DNA of 64,000 bases from Leidyana gryllorum EB-2025a. Its lineage: Eukaryota; Protista; Apicomplexa. Numbering within the stretch: the first letter of the stretch is position 1; each line of letters starts with the position of its first letter. The stretch spans positions 62,001 through 126,000 of the forward strand of contig JBLWGC010000033.1 of the NCBI GenBank assembly GCA_048772705.1, read 5' to 3'. Of this stretch, positions 22,301 through 32,415 are shown one piece after another. The notes beneath the pieces were generated by a model, which was not told the origin of the DNA, did no database searches, and saw nothing but the letters and a program-made list of their open reading frames with translations. The position numbers were made by a program, and so were the translations under genes.

Positions 22301-24354
22301 CCCCAGCTGTCATGGATGAAGCATACGACAAGCTCCAGGCAGTCAGGAAGAACAGGCGAGAGGGTGAGGGATTCGGGGTGATGGAAACCGCCGAGGTCAA
22401 AAGACTATTCAATATTGCCCTAAGGATGTTGCACGTGGCCGCCAATGACATCACATTGGAAGATTGGCAACGCGAACGACCAGAGATCCAATACCAGCAA
22501 CATGAGTTGAGAGTCGAACAATTGCCCCGAGGAAGCATTCGTTTCGCCAATTACTCCAGAGAAGAGACAACCCCCCCGACTGACGCTGACTGGGACGTAA
22601 TCATCCCGTCGAGATGTCCGGGTCTCCAACAAGTCGCCAGAAAGATCGAATTTGTTCACGATTACGCGGAGAAAATCCGAGCTGCGGTCGCTTTGGGATC
22701 GCTGCTCGCAGAAATGAACGAGCTGGGCAACGAAAATCCCCAAGTCGGCAAGGCCCCACTCTCGGACATACTCGAACACACCAGATCCTCAAGGCTCGCC
22801 TATGAAATCGCCTCTGTCGACAATGAGGCGGCCTACCGAAGCGGATTGGGGGTCGCGTGCCCCTTCCCGGGCGAAAAGATTGCACACCGCCTCAGAGTAG
22901 CTGTGCACGAATCACAGCGATTGAATGCAGTCTCCGATCTCTCTCAAGAATACGTCACGCAACGATTCGATCGGGCCCAGTCATGGGCCAAAATAGCTGT
23001 GGACAAGCTGATCTCTGTCACCAGATGTGCAGCATTGGCGAGTTTCCCACCAAATCGCGACCGCCATAACTTGAAGATATTAGACGACCCCTACCTCGTC
23101 TTCTTCAAAAGCTTCTTCCACCGCCCACCTCAAGTGGGTGAGGAAAATGGCCATCTGCAGAATAGTGCTCATCTCGCCATCACTTATTGGGACGAACTGG
23201 CGAAACTGGAGAAGCTGCCGGACCGTGCGCACTACGCTACTCTTGATGAACTGCTGAACGACAAAATGGAGAAGGACGGACTGCCCCCCAAACTGGAGGA
23301 AGCAATTGACAAAATCATCTCTCTTCCGGGGGTAACAGACACCCTCATGAAGTTCGGCTACTCACCGGAGGAGTGGAGGGATCAATACACCCACCACAAT
23401 GCCGGAAAGATACAAGTCACCCAAGGATATGCCCCCGCCGATTGGATGAACGCCGCAATACCCACGGAGGCGACCGACTCCCCCACAACAGCCCCGGAGT
23501 CTGCAGGAGCCGCCCCGGAGTCCGTAGACGCTGCCCAGGAGGCCACCGACTCCCTCACAACAGCCCCGGAAACCTCCACAGCCCCAGAGCTGGCAGACCT
23601 ATCTGCTGTCCCACCACACGTGCCGTACAACGAGGAGACGGATTCGTATCATCCGATCAAATCCCCAATGTTCTCCCACCTTCCCAATCGTTTCCAGCAG
23701 ATTTTCGAGAGATATGGTCAAAAACAGGCTCAACGCGAAGCGTTGCCACCCGCACAAGTGATCCGTGATCAGTTGACTTACGAGTTGCCCAGCCTCCTCG
23801 AATTGTCGTTGCTCGAGAATATTCCGGGGCTCACGAACGCTCAGACGATACTGGGCGATATGGCCTTCCGGAGAGAACTGGATCACCGGATCTTTACTAT
23901 TTTCCACGCCCGGCTGATGAAGACAAAGTATTCAGGAGACCCAAATTGTGAAGTAGCTCGAGCACAGTTCAACATTGAGCGCAAAGCGATGGAAAAGTTC
24001 ATCCGACTGCTCCAAGAAGGACAGAAGATTGATGCAAAAGTACAAAAGTTCAGCGAAGAGACTATTGCTTACTGCAATAGGGCCACTTATCTGGACCACA
24101 AGTCAGAAAAGACTCCAGAGGAAGAAGCAGAGCTAAAGAAGATTGTGAAAGCCTTCCAGCTTTTACAGAAAAGAACATTTCCCATGCTTCTGAACAGCCA
24201 TTACACTCATCTGGGCAGCTTATGCGCTGTAGTTATGGGGTTCCAACTACTCCATGTGCCCGACGAACAACTGACAACGGCCACAGTGGAAGTAAAACGC
24301 CTTCCTGCGCACAAGAAGAGAACTGCAAGTCATGTGTTGGTAGACGGATTTTGA
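19321..24354 (+). CDS. Intronless hypothetical protein (array A, member 3, 1677 aa) with MRIP leader
   Basis: Starts MRIPQCRVQKVTSISKLLSVFLGGLTT. Has a Ser/Pro-rich region, a 10-aa repeat and the basic cluster RRRKRKARK. C-terminal helical region is homologous to member 2 (MARRAYIY..MELV; LENIPGLTNAQ..RELDHRIF). Confidence 0.85.
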   Translation: MRIPQCRVQKVTSISKLLSVFLGGLTTIPYSNELTTKDIVAQVCQTGQAVVCRSKEVSLDQPPDGVLFVAIPTGSQVQLLACEMKALTNQLLFTKCADDELEALHAICRVWKGEPADGDIQSLQHPNLRNAHIHRCVIDPVAAPPAWCLGFGNRVAEGRIQELLRSPPTPSPPSSLPSSHTETQFWDNRSPSLSLGTSPSSSPPTTALRVSPISPLQRSPSPTPDHSQNMSFAERVWWAQARLARKAASEIPPVSPQSPSDSFSLFSSAGQVPSVGPSQPQQMPLQQPQATPRRLVQTPIRPVETLQLTAPPAGRVPVTAPPVETLQVTAPPVETLQVTAPPVETLQVTAPPAGRVPVTAPPAGRVQVTAPPAGRVQVTAPPRPAWSRVWPPTEQLSSSATRSHAAVLAAAVSRNSTPATNTATVTTKSETEQSGGISTKASSDGARCLDKAPKELPSASRQPRRGVRHRRNSARSRPEVSGSEVLAPKGRTGGKEVLVSVDGGVKLSGGERSAKTRGAPKGVRRKGGKQKPKAVTDGDWEDALWAQEQLLPQQNTTESVVDPLRRVIEEASEETAAVSAVEGEKPPPQQQPQPSKEEVDEIEELEEKPTRRRKRKARKSANRRSMVNDDEEEEEVEKIVVADVLGAPLIESEERDDPLPECRTMVLQPIKKWLKQVRNDVSGWENGNFGLSLALDAEYALHGAIASNLDSLYTRLMQTDKIEGAEAYPTRFTALVGENQVEALRLVVWLYQAPPDFPEHINLVERAERAKRLVEPKLYWLWTLGQAFGSNPHHKPATWDSAICKGGDKLCLALHPHLVLHEVGQIAKEVGDKSLIRDIDILNLIKEEDEPEPSYWRTMARRAYIYARGVWRVMELVRASNPDNATATQTFTQTGLKYCSEIMALSRKLAQTNPDGNVRRPAEVLRRIRASVVCVQTFIKTLVVHLDDFLLREGAPKSAAAAGKVAGKEPKKQNVGALPATYAPEVAKAWYATTPAVMDEAYDKLQAVRKNRREGEGFGVMETAEVKRLFNIALRMLHVAANDITLEDWQRERPEIQYQQHELRVEQLPRGSIRFANYSREETTPPTDADWDVIIPSRCPGLQQVARKIEFVHDYAEKIRAAVALGSLLAEMNELGNENPQVGKAPLSDILEHTRSSRLAYEIASVDNEAAYRSGLGVACPFPGEKIAHRLRVAVHESQRLNAVSDLSQEYVTQRFDRAQSWAKIAVDKLISVTRCAALASFPPNRDRHNLKILDDPYLVFFKSFFHRPPQVGEENGHLQNSAHLAITYWDELAKLEKLPDRAHYATLDELLNDKMEKDGLPPKLEEAIDKIISLPGVTDTLMKFGYSPEEWRDQYTHHNAGKIQVTQGYAPADWMNAAIPTEATDSPTTAPESAGAAPESVDAAQEATDSLTTAPETSTAPELADLSAVPPHVPYNEETDSYHPIKSPMFSHLPNRFQQIFERYGQKQAQREALPPAQVIRDQLTYELPSLLELSLLENIPGLTNAQTILGDMAFRRELDHRIFTIFHARLMKTKYSGDPNCEVARAQFNIERKAMEKFIRLLQEGQKIDAKVQKFSEETIAYCNRATYLDHKSEKTPEEEAELKKIVKAFQLLQKRTFPMLLNSHYTHLGSLCAVVMGFQLLHVPDEQLTTATVEVKRLPAHKKRTASHVLVDGF
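20221..20466 (+). repeat. Coding 30-bp tandem repeat, about 8 copies (PPVETLQVTA / PPAGRV[PQ]VTA)
   Basis: Two unit variants, ccgccggtcgagacgcttcaggtgaccgct and ccgccggccgggagggttc[ca]ggtgaccgct. Confidence 0.95.
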
Positions 24355-24476
24355 TTGCAACGTTAAGCTCAGTGTCCAATTCAGTCAGACTTTTTCCGCT
24401 GCCTCGCTAGGCACAGAAACTCACTCATTGCACTCAAAAAGAGTATCATTCAGCCTGCGTTGAACAAGTGATGGAT

Positions 24477-24624
24477 CAGAAGGAATCATGACTGACACAA
24501 GCGCCATGGCTTAGTCCGCTTTGTGAATAAGTTGTATCATCATAGGAAAGCAGAAGGAATCATGACTAACACAAGCGCCATGGCTTAGTCCGCTTTGTGA
24601 ATAAGTTGTATCATCATAGGAAAG
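24477..24624. repeat. 74-bp intergenic direct tandem duplication (1 mismatch)
   Basis: cagaaggaatcatgact(g/a)acacaagcgccatggcttagtccgctttgtgaataagttgtatcatcataggaaag occurs twice. Confidence 0.92.
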
Positions 24625-25178
24625 CAGCACCAGCAGAGCGAGGGAAACACATTCTTATTTCGTATGCCAAACATCCACCATATGAAAGAAATCAAATCTG
24701 ATTTTTTAGGCGGTTCCTGCCCAAAAACGATTAAAAAAGAGACGTTGTGTCTATTCCTGATCGACACATTCGGCACTCAACACGTTAGCGTCTCAACGAT
24801 ACGAAGCGCGTGCAGTGGTAGGATGGTCGCACCCGACTCCGCAAGCACGACGAACAGCTTCAATCGTGATCTCCTCTATTCTGATTGACAACCCCAAACG
24901 CAGTGACGATACTCAAGTCGCCCGCAGATATGCGTAGGGAGGCTGGGCAACCCTAAGTACTTTACAAAACATTATTAGCATTGCCTGCCGATGACCGGCG
25001 AACGACGCGCACAACAAACACACGTTTTCAAGAAGAAAGTCAACTACGCATGAGCCAAAAACCGGGCAAATGACCAGTGGAGAAGTTCCGCACCAACAAC
25101 AGTTGTCAAACCTCTCGCCATTCTGCACCCGTCTCCATATGCACACACGCACACGTAGCTCTCTGTACGTCAACGCCC

Positions 25179-28100
25179 CTATACCAGCAAACTTTGGATA
25201 CTTTGAGAGTCAAAAGCGTGATGAAGCATCACTTTCCATTGACTCAATGTTGCGCTAATTGTGGCCCATCCATGTAGCCACGGGTTGTCCTCCTCACATA
25301 CTTCCGTGTCCGAAGTTTCATCGCCACTCATAAGACTCCACAGTTCTGAGCCCAGCATTGCCTGCACCAGAACGTGGGCTATGCGTTGACTAAGACTCAT
25401 GATGTGGCCGTCTGATACACTCGTCACGCGATCAATGGTATCCTCCAGTGCCTTCTCTAGCTCTACTATACGCTTCAGCAGCTCCTCATGCTCCATCAAG
25501 GTCGAGCGTAACTGATCTTCAAACACTTGAAGGGAAGGCGGAGGCGCTCGGGTGGGTGGGGGACCCAACTCTCCTACCAAACTGGCCAAACGCCTACGAA
25601 CCTTATTCTCTGACTTGAGACGCTTCGAATTCTCCAACGTCGTACTCCGCTTCCGACGGAACCATCCGCTGCCGCTCGCCGATGGGGCACGCAGAGGATT
25701 CTCCTGACGCAATATCGTCCGAGCCAAGGATTGCAGCAGATCATAGTCCTCTTGAGATATGCTCGAAGGCTGGCTGGAACCCAATAGCGGCACTGGCACA
25801 TCAGACACTCGCTCTCGCTTTTTCTTCGTCAAGTGACGAGTTTCCATCACCCACGCATCAAACATTGGCCTCAGCAGAAGGTGATGAACAAAGTAGTTCC
25901 ATTGCTGATGGGAACGTCTGTTCGATCCCCCCAACACTTCTGTAGCTCCCGACATCGGACTCGGCTGCGTCTCTTCCACATCTTGCGGCTTGGGTTTGGG
26001 CACCACCCCATCGCCGTCGGCTCGAGGACTCTCGCTCGTCGCCCCAGCTGTCGGAAACCCGCCCCCGGGCCACTCACTTCCCTCCTCAGATCGGAAGGCT
26101 GACAGTGGCATGTGGGGACTGAGCAGTCCGCCACGCTCCCCTGCTGCGGACCGTGCTTGAGATGCGATCTGAGAAGAAGATAATCCTCGGGAGCTGGAGG
26201 CGCACCGCGACGACGTCAGGAATGTGTTCACGTCAGGGGTCCGGAATGGTGAGCTGGAAGTGGTGCTCGAGCTCCAGGTACGTAAACGATGCGTTATACT
26301 GAACGGATTGGCCGTCAGCAAGGGAGAAGGTACTGCAGAATCGCTTCTGACCTCTTCGTCCAACTGCACCCCTCGACGAAGTACCGTCAAACTGCTGGTC
26401 TGACTTTGTATCGGAGTATGCGCCCCAAGATCATTCCGAAACGCACTCGGCTCACTGCCACGACGGCGTTTAGCAGGGTACGGGAAAACTCGACTGCGTA
26501 CATCGTCACGACAGCTCAACACCAGTTTGCTCATTTTCCCTTCATCCAACTTCCACAAATGGAACAGACGACATATCAGACGTATGGGCCATGTCACCCG
26601 GGTCTGCCATATCAGCATCATTGCTACAGCACTCAATGAATCCAGACTTCGTAAATGATTCTTCTCCGTTTCCAGATAATTCTCGTGCTCGAATTTACGA
26701 GCTTCAATCTTCTCAAGTAACTCACGGGTTTCCACCGCCATTATAGGGATCTGATTGCTCAACTTGGCTCTACAGATTGGATCTAGAAGTGTGAGAGTTT
26801 TGCGGATACCGATCAATGTCTCGCGAAGGTCGGAAAAGCCGACATCCCGAGCACTGCGCAACGTTTGACACTTCGATGTCACCAATGAAAGGAAGATTGG
26901 CAATGGAATCCCTCTGAAAGTGAAAGAAATTGACACCCACGTGTGTGCTATGCTCAACACTTACTGGGCGTCCTCGAAAGCTACGAGCTCACTCGCGCAC
27001 TCAACGAGGTTCGCAGCCCAGTTCGGCGGCCGAACGATAGTTAGTCTTCTCACACTGGTGCTTGAGGAATGCCAGTAGTAAGGCAAATGATATCGCAGAT
27101 GTGTTGTCAAGACAAAGTTGAAGTCTTCAGCATACATGGCTCTAGAACATGTATTCATACGACGGATGTCAAATACAGAAGTCCAGGGCGAGTAGTGCTC
27201 CGTGATGGTTGTATTGATACGTTGGAAATGCCATACTTTCCCGACATTGTTCCCATGTGATGGGCTGCAACCTCCGTGTCCAGATCCGCCGGTCCCGTTG
27301 TCGGTGGTTGCGGAGGTAAAGCGACTGAAAATAGGTGGACTATAAGGCTCAAACAATTTGAATATGCGATGAGGTACGTATTGTGCTGGTTGGGGGCACG
27401 CTTCAGTTGAGAATATCAGTGATCCTCCATCCCACTCGGTGACGTCGAAGTGCCACGCAGGGACAATAGGCTCGATCAAGGGGTCGACATCATTGGCTGA
27501 GAAGGTGTTACCGCGCATTCCACCTGTGGAGGAGAGGCCCAGTCCTCGGCTGACATTGCTGTTGCAGCTTCGGTGCAGTATCGGAGCGGTTTCGACTGAT
27601 CCAAGATCTACGCCGTCTTCCAAGTTGGGGCTGTCCAGGAGATCGGCCATTCGCAGCAAATCCGGACTCATGCAGTGCGAAGGGCTGTTGCACAGATCAC
27701 CAGAATCGCACACTTCAAGATGTGTGGGGCTTTTGCGCTTGCGGCCCTCCAAATCAGTATTGGTCAACACGGATACGCAAAGTAGACTCAACTGGTGATA
27801 GTATCCCCATCGTCTATCGCTCTCGGGATTCAGCTGAGGTAATCCAAGATTACTCGACTGCTGGACATAGATATGATTCGTGGCTGTCACACCACTTCCA
27901 GCGTGTGTCAGACTCCCATGACCGCTGGCAGACGGCGTGGTGGCGCCGGCTAGTACAGCTTCTTGTTGGTTGGCGGGTACCTTTCTGAGGGCGACAATGA
28001 AGGGAACCGGAGAGTCGAGTATAGCGGAGCCCAGCGACGAAGGGAGAATTGGAATGAAAGCATGTGGCCAGCGACAAGGAGCCGTCGCTGTGTGCAACAG

Positions 28101-29751
28101 GAAGGCTGCTGCACACCGGACGAACATCGAGGGTGACGACACCACAATCTTTGTCTCCAATACCAACTGAGGAGTGACAGAACTGTGTTGAGACACATCT
28201 CTTTCATCACTCACCAACAGAAAGGTCCACAGTATCACCGGTAAAGGCAGATTCTCAACTGCGTGAGGCAAAAGGAGATCGCAAACTCCGAGCAATTGGG
28301 GATCGTTCTCCAATGCTCGATGACTGCAACTCTTCTGCAACTGAAACAAATTCCATATTCTGTCGCTTTCATCCCCCATCAGCCGTCGGTATGCCGTCAC
28401 AGCAAACGGCTGCCAGTCATTGTCCTCAGCATCCAACAACAACGATAACAAAGATTGGATTTTAGATCGCAGTTTGTCCGCACACTCGAACGAATCATCC
28501 GACAGGTACTTCAGTATAGCCGCGGCATTCCCCTCGTTCGCATAATGCAACAACATTATCAACGCCCGCGCATTCAACGATATTGGATAAGGTAGTACAG
28601 GAGGTACCCAGTTAGCCAACATTGTTACGTGAGCCTCCAACGAGGCCCAAGATCGACGCAACTCCTTACTTGCGTGCGAACTCTGCGCGAAACCAGACAT
28701 GTTCGAGTCAGCCATAAACTGCTGCAACCCCGCCAGGTTCAACTGAGACACTGTACGACGAGCCCAGGCTTGAACCGATACGTCAATAGACTCCAGTAAG
28801 GCATTGAACACCCGAACCCCCTCGCTGGGGTTCCCATCACCATCCTGCCCGTTCGAACTACACAATTCTACAATCAGAACATCACACCACTTCCACAACC
28901 GCTCACCCCGGAACACTTCAAGTGTCGCCATCAGCCATCGAAAGATAGGCCGCCGAGATACCAATACGTAACAGTATTGAACTCGCCATTGTAAAATCTC
29001 ATCTTTCTGACACCCCAAATCTCAACACCAGTCTTCCCCTCACCTTCTGAGGATCGTTCGCTATCTTCGCCAACGCATTCAAACGATTCAAGATCTATTA
29101 CCGCATCCCGCAGTTCACCAACGTGTACCAATCACACTCCTCACCTCAGATGTATTTTGATGCTCCCCAGACCGTGCCCCTTTACTCTCCTTGCATAACA
29201 CACTCAGATCGTAGATCTCGGGAACCAATCGCTTCACTTGAATTGTCTCGACAGTACGCAAACCCGCACAGTACAACGGCACCGGGTCGCGCAGAGAAGC
29301 AGCCGGTAACGCGCTAGAGTTCAACGTAAAGAAGATTTGCTCCCGATCATTCAAATCACAACGTTGTCCTCCGGCCGTAGTGGACCCACCAGTCTCTTCA
29401 ACCGTCGATACATACCCTACCAGTCAGTCAAACACTCTTTCGCCACCCCAAGTACCCACCAGACGGGAAGCAGAAGTCGCACATACTCGCCTCCAGTGTT
29501 GTGCCATAACGAAACGCTGGCTGATTGTCCTCCCCCTGACTCGTGCCCGGGAAGGAGACTAGTGTCTCGGGTCGCTGCCTATTCCGCCGCTTCGATGGCC
29601 CACCACTCCCTTGATCATTTCCTTGACCCGTGAAGATCGCTGGAAAACGCCCCAGTCGCTCATTAGGCTCAAGACGACTTCGGTAGCGCGCCTGCCGCAG
29701 AATGCGACTTGGAGGTACGCCCACAACGAAAAAGGCGTCAAACAGTCCCAT
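25179..29751 (-). CDS. DENN-domain protein (putative Rab GEF), multi-exon, with C-terminal coiled coil
   Basis: uDENN motifs LFDAFFVVG and DFCFPSG. cDENN motifs YCYVLVSRRP, LVLETKIVVSS and PCRWPHAFIPILPSSLGSAILDSPVPFIV. An intron (gtaagt...ttcag near 26964-26914) joins ORFs 26961-29018 and 25179-26960. 3' end approximate. Confidence 0.85.
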
Positions 29752-29842
29752 AAACTATATCATGGAGCTCCAAACATCGACCTCTTAAGGTTCAAGCCAT
29801 AAATCCAACATCACCGATCAAAATCATCACATATCATGCACT

Positions 29843-31015
29843 TCACTTAAGCTTCTTGTGGTTGTGCTTATGTTCGCCGCATTCACTGCCCAAGCATACC
29901 ACCTGTGTGGAGAAGGTGATGATGGGTTCAGCATACTCGAATCTGATGCACTCTGAGCGATGTTTGTGCTTGCCGAAGCTGGGAGCGGAGCAGACCATCT
30001 CAGACGGGCGCACAGCTTGGCAGGCATCTCCGATCAAACTGAAGCCTTCAGGACACCCGAACGTGAAAGGTGCTTCCTCCACAGAGCAGCACTCATGGGA
30101 CTTCTTCTTGTTGCCATGCTTGTATCCGCCACAAGGAGCGAAGTTCGGGGGACAGCTGGCGGTGGGCGGAGCGGTCTCGACATTCACGTTGGGCGGTCCC
30201 TGAATAGGTCCGACCGCCTGTGATATCACGCACTCCCTGCCGATGAGAACGCCGCCATTCGGACATGACAGAACAGGGGGTGCCAGAGTGCGTCTTTGGC
30301 ACTGTTGACTAATCACATTGATCTCACTGTGAGTGTCTGGCACGTAGTTCAGTTTTTTCACACCTTTGTGGCCCAGCTGACGGGGATCGGCCACCTCCGC
30401 GAAATCGGCGTTGATGTCATCAACGGCTCCCAACAAACGCTTAGCCTTCTTCACGTGCTTGCCTCCCAATGCAGGGGCACACTCGAAGGTTTCAGCGATA
30501 GCACAGACACTGCCTTGCAGGACGGCGCCATCCGGGCAAGCAATGGCGGGGGGAAGGACGGTTTCCACAATACATTCAGGACCAGCTTGAACACTCATCG
30601 GCGGACACACGAAAGTTGGGGGTCCTTCGACCACTCTGCTGCATACGCTAGCTGATTTCTTGTATCCGACTTCGAAGACGTAGTCGGGCGGGCACGACAA
30701 GGCGGCCGGCGCGGTAGCCGACCTTGAGCATACGGGTCCATTCAAGATGAATTCTGGTGGACACATCCGGACAGGCGGAACGAGCACCAAGCAAGTCTTG
30801 TCCGGTTGCATGACGCCTTCTGGACACACTGGGGTCAGAGGTTCAACGATAGTGCGTGCGCATTTGTCGCCCTCAATCTCGTAGCCCGGTGGGCACTCGA
30901 CCAATGGAGGAGTAGCTGCAATCGGGTTCAGAAGGGGTCCAGCATAGTTTTTGTGGCCTGCGTGCACAACCGGATGCAATAAAATTGCTGGCAGTAGGGC
31001 GTGGAGGAGCACCAT
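29843..31015 (-). CDS. Secreted Cys-rich oocyst wall protein-like (COWP/OWP family)
   Basis: Hydrophobic signal-peptide-like start MVLLHALLPAILLHPVVHA from ATG 31015. Repeated CP-x-G-[YF]-x4-5-C units (CPPGYEIEGDKC, CPPEFILNGPVC, CPDGAVLQGSVC, CPEGFSLIGDAC) with His/Lys-rich inserts. Confidence 0.8.
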   Translation of the reverse strand: MVLLHALLPAILLHPVVHAGHKNYAGPLLNPIAATPPLVECPPGYEIEGDKCARTIVEPLTPVCPEGVMQPDKTCLVLVPPVRMCPPEFILNGPVCSRSATAPAALSCPPDYVFEVGYKKSASVCSRVVEGPPTFVCPPMSVQAGPECIVETVLPPAIACPDGAVLQGSVCAIAETFECAPALGGKHVKKAKRLLGAVDDINADFAEVADPRQLGHKGVKKLNYVPDTHSEINVISQQCQRRTLAPPVLSCPNGGVLIGRECVISQAVGPIQGPPNVNVETAPPTASCPPNFAPCGGYKHGNKKKSHECCSVEEAPFTFGCPEGFSLIGDACQAVRPSEMVCSAPSFGKHKHRSECIRFEYAEPIITFSTQVVCLGSECGEHKHNHKKLK

Positions 31016-31093
31016 AGTTAGCTTCACTTAACAGATTCGTGTGTTCGGCGTGCGTGTGATTGGAAGACTTCCGGCACGGAGACACAGACACGT

Positions 31094-31924
31094 ATGTATC
31101 ACCCGGAGGATGCTTATCATCAGCAAGGGCAGGAGGTACAGCAACTGAACCCTCGTGTAGGTATTGTAAGTGCCGAAAATGTAAAGTTGGTGGACAGGAT
31201 TATCGCAACCGAATATTGGAAGATCAATGTCGAACTAGCTTGGCTGCGAGTATAAGGACTACTGCTGAGACGAATGAGTTGGCCCGAAATACCGCACAAG
31301 AGCTGAAGATCCAAGGGGGTACGCTCCATGCGATTGCTCTTGGAATAACCACACAGAGCAGATACAGCGTATACAGCGTGATACGGAAGAAACCACCTTC
31401 ACGCTCAATCGCACGGAATACGTGATCAAGGGCATGAAAACATGGTTCGGTGCGTTGACGAATCTATTTACGTCCCCTCCGACGAGGCCCGAGGTTCGGT
31501 CTGATTCAGACGCCCGACGGTAAGCCCAAGGTCTAATTTCCAAAGCACGTGCTGCTAGTAATTCCCCTCCGCGAGTCAATGAAGCTCCGGCGCGAGCTTC
31601 TGAAGCGGAAGCTCCAACCGCGACACTGCCTGGAGAGCGTCAGGGTTTTGATCGTGAATTGGCTTTGGGTTGCAACGAACTGTCATCCATGGTGGGTGAA
31701 ACAGCTTCTTATCTGTTGAGGCGTACTTGTGAGCAGTTGGGTGAGTTGCGGCTACAAGCAATTGAGACAGGCAAGGAGCTTAGGAGTCAGAATGATCAGG
31801 TGAGTATGGGTATGCGCGTCTGAAAATGGTCTTTCAGCTGGAAACTGTGTCAAAGCAAGTGGCTTCGAACGATGCCAGGCTCCTAGCACAAAGAAAAGAC
31901 TTAGAAAAATTGAGTCGGAGGTAG
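31094..31924 (+). CDS. SNAP-25-like Qbc-SNARE (two SNARE motifs), multi-exon
   Basis: Manual splicing gives SLAASIRTTAETNELARNTAQELKIQG|EQIQRIQRDTEETTFTLNRTEYVIKGMKTWFGALTNLF and GFDRELALGCNELSSM|LGELRLQAIETGKELRSQNDQ|LETVSKQVASNDARL...SRR*. Introns are short GT-AG (the first is 32 nt). Confidence 0.8.
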
Positions 31925-31933
31925 TCGCCAAGA

Positions 31934-32200
31934 ATGTCCGGAGGAAAGCCACTTACAAGCTATGGGAAGGCGGGTCCAGGAGCGGACCTGAGGATGTTCA
32001 TGGAAAAGAGGCTGGTGGTGACCCTGAACATGAAGCGGAAAGTCATAGGGCAACTCCGAGGATACGATATGTTCATGAATATAGTGCTAGACAACGCTGT
32101 GGAGGTACTGGGCCCAGACAACCACAGGAGGATAGGCACAGTAGCCATAAGAGGCAACTCAGTTCTCACCTGGGAGTGTATTGACAAAGTCAATGTTTGA
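31934..32200 (+). CDS. SNRPG: Small nuclear ribonucleoprotein G (SmG)
   Basis: DLRMFMEKRLVVTLNMKRKVIGQLRGYDMFMNIVLDNAVE...IGTVAIRGNSV carries Sm1/Sm2 motifs typical of SmG. Confidence 0.92.
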   Translation: MSGGKPLTSYGKAGPGADLRMFMEKRLVVTLNMKRKVIGQLRGYDMFMNIVLDNAVEVLGPDNHRRIGTVAIRGNSVLTWECIDKVNV

Positions 32201-32415
32201 GTCTATATAATGGCAATCCTGGCGCGAAAATGGGAGGTTCCCAGATTTGTGCGGAAGAAGCCGTACGGAGGGAGAGTTATAGTTCATATTGAGTTGCGCT
32301 GTGTCTGTTGTTCCTCTTTCATGATGAACGGTTCCTATAGACTAAAGGGAAAATTCTCTAACTAATGACAGTGACAGTGATTGATTGGTGAAGGAGGCGG
32401 TCTAAGTCCTTTATC

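Noticed and set aside
31136-31165. Possible 5-nt micro-exon in the SNARE gene (gtacag...gtag GTATT gtaagt)
   Set aside because: The frame reads through as EVQQLNPRVGI and a single 32-nt intron restores the frame, so no micro-exon is needed.
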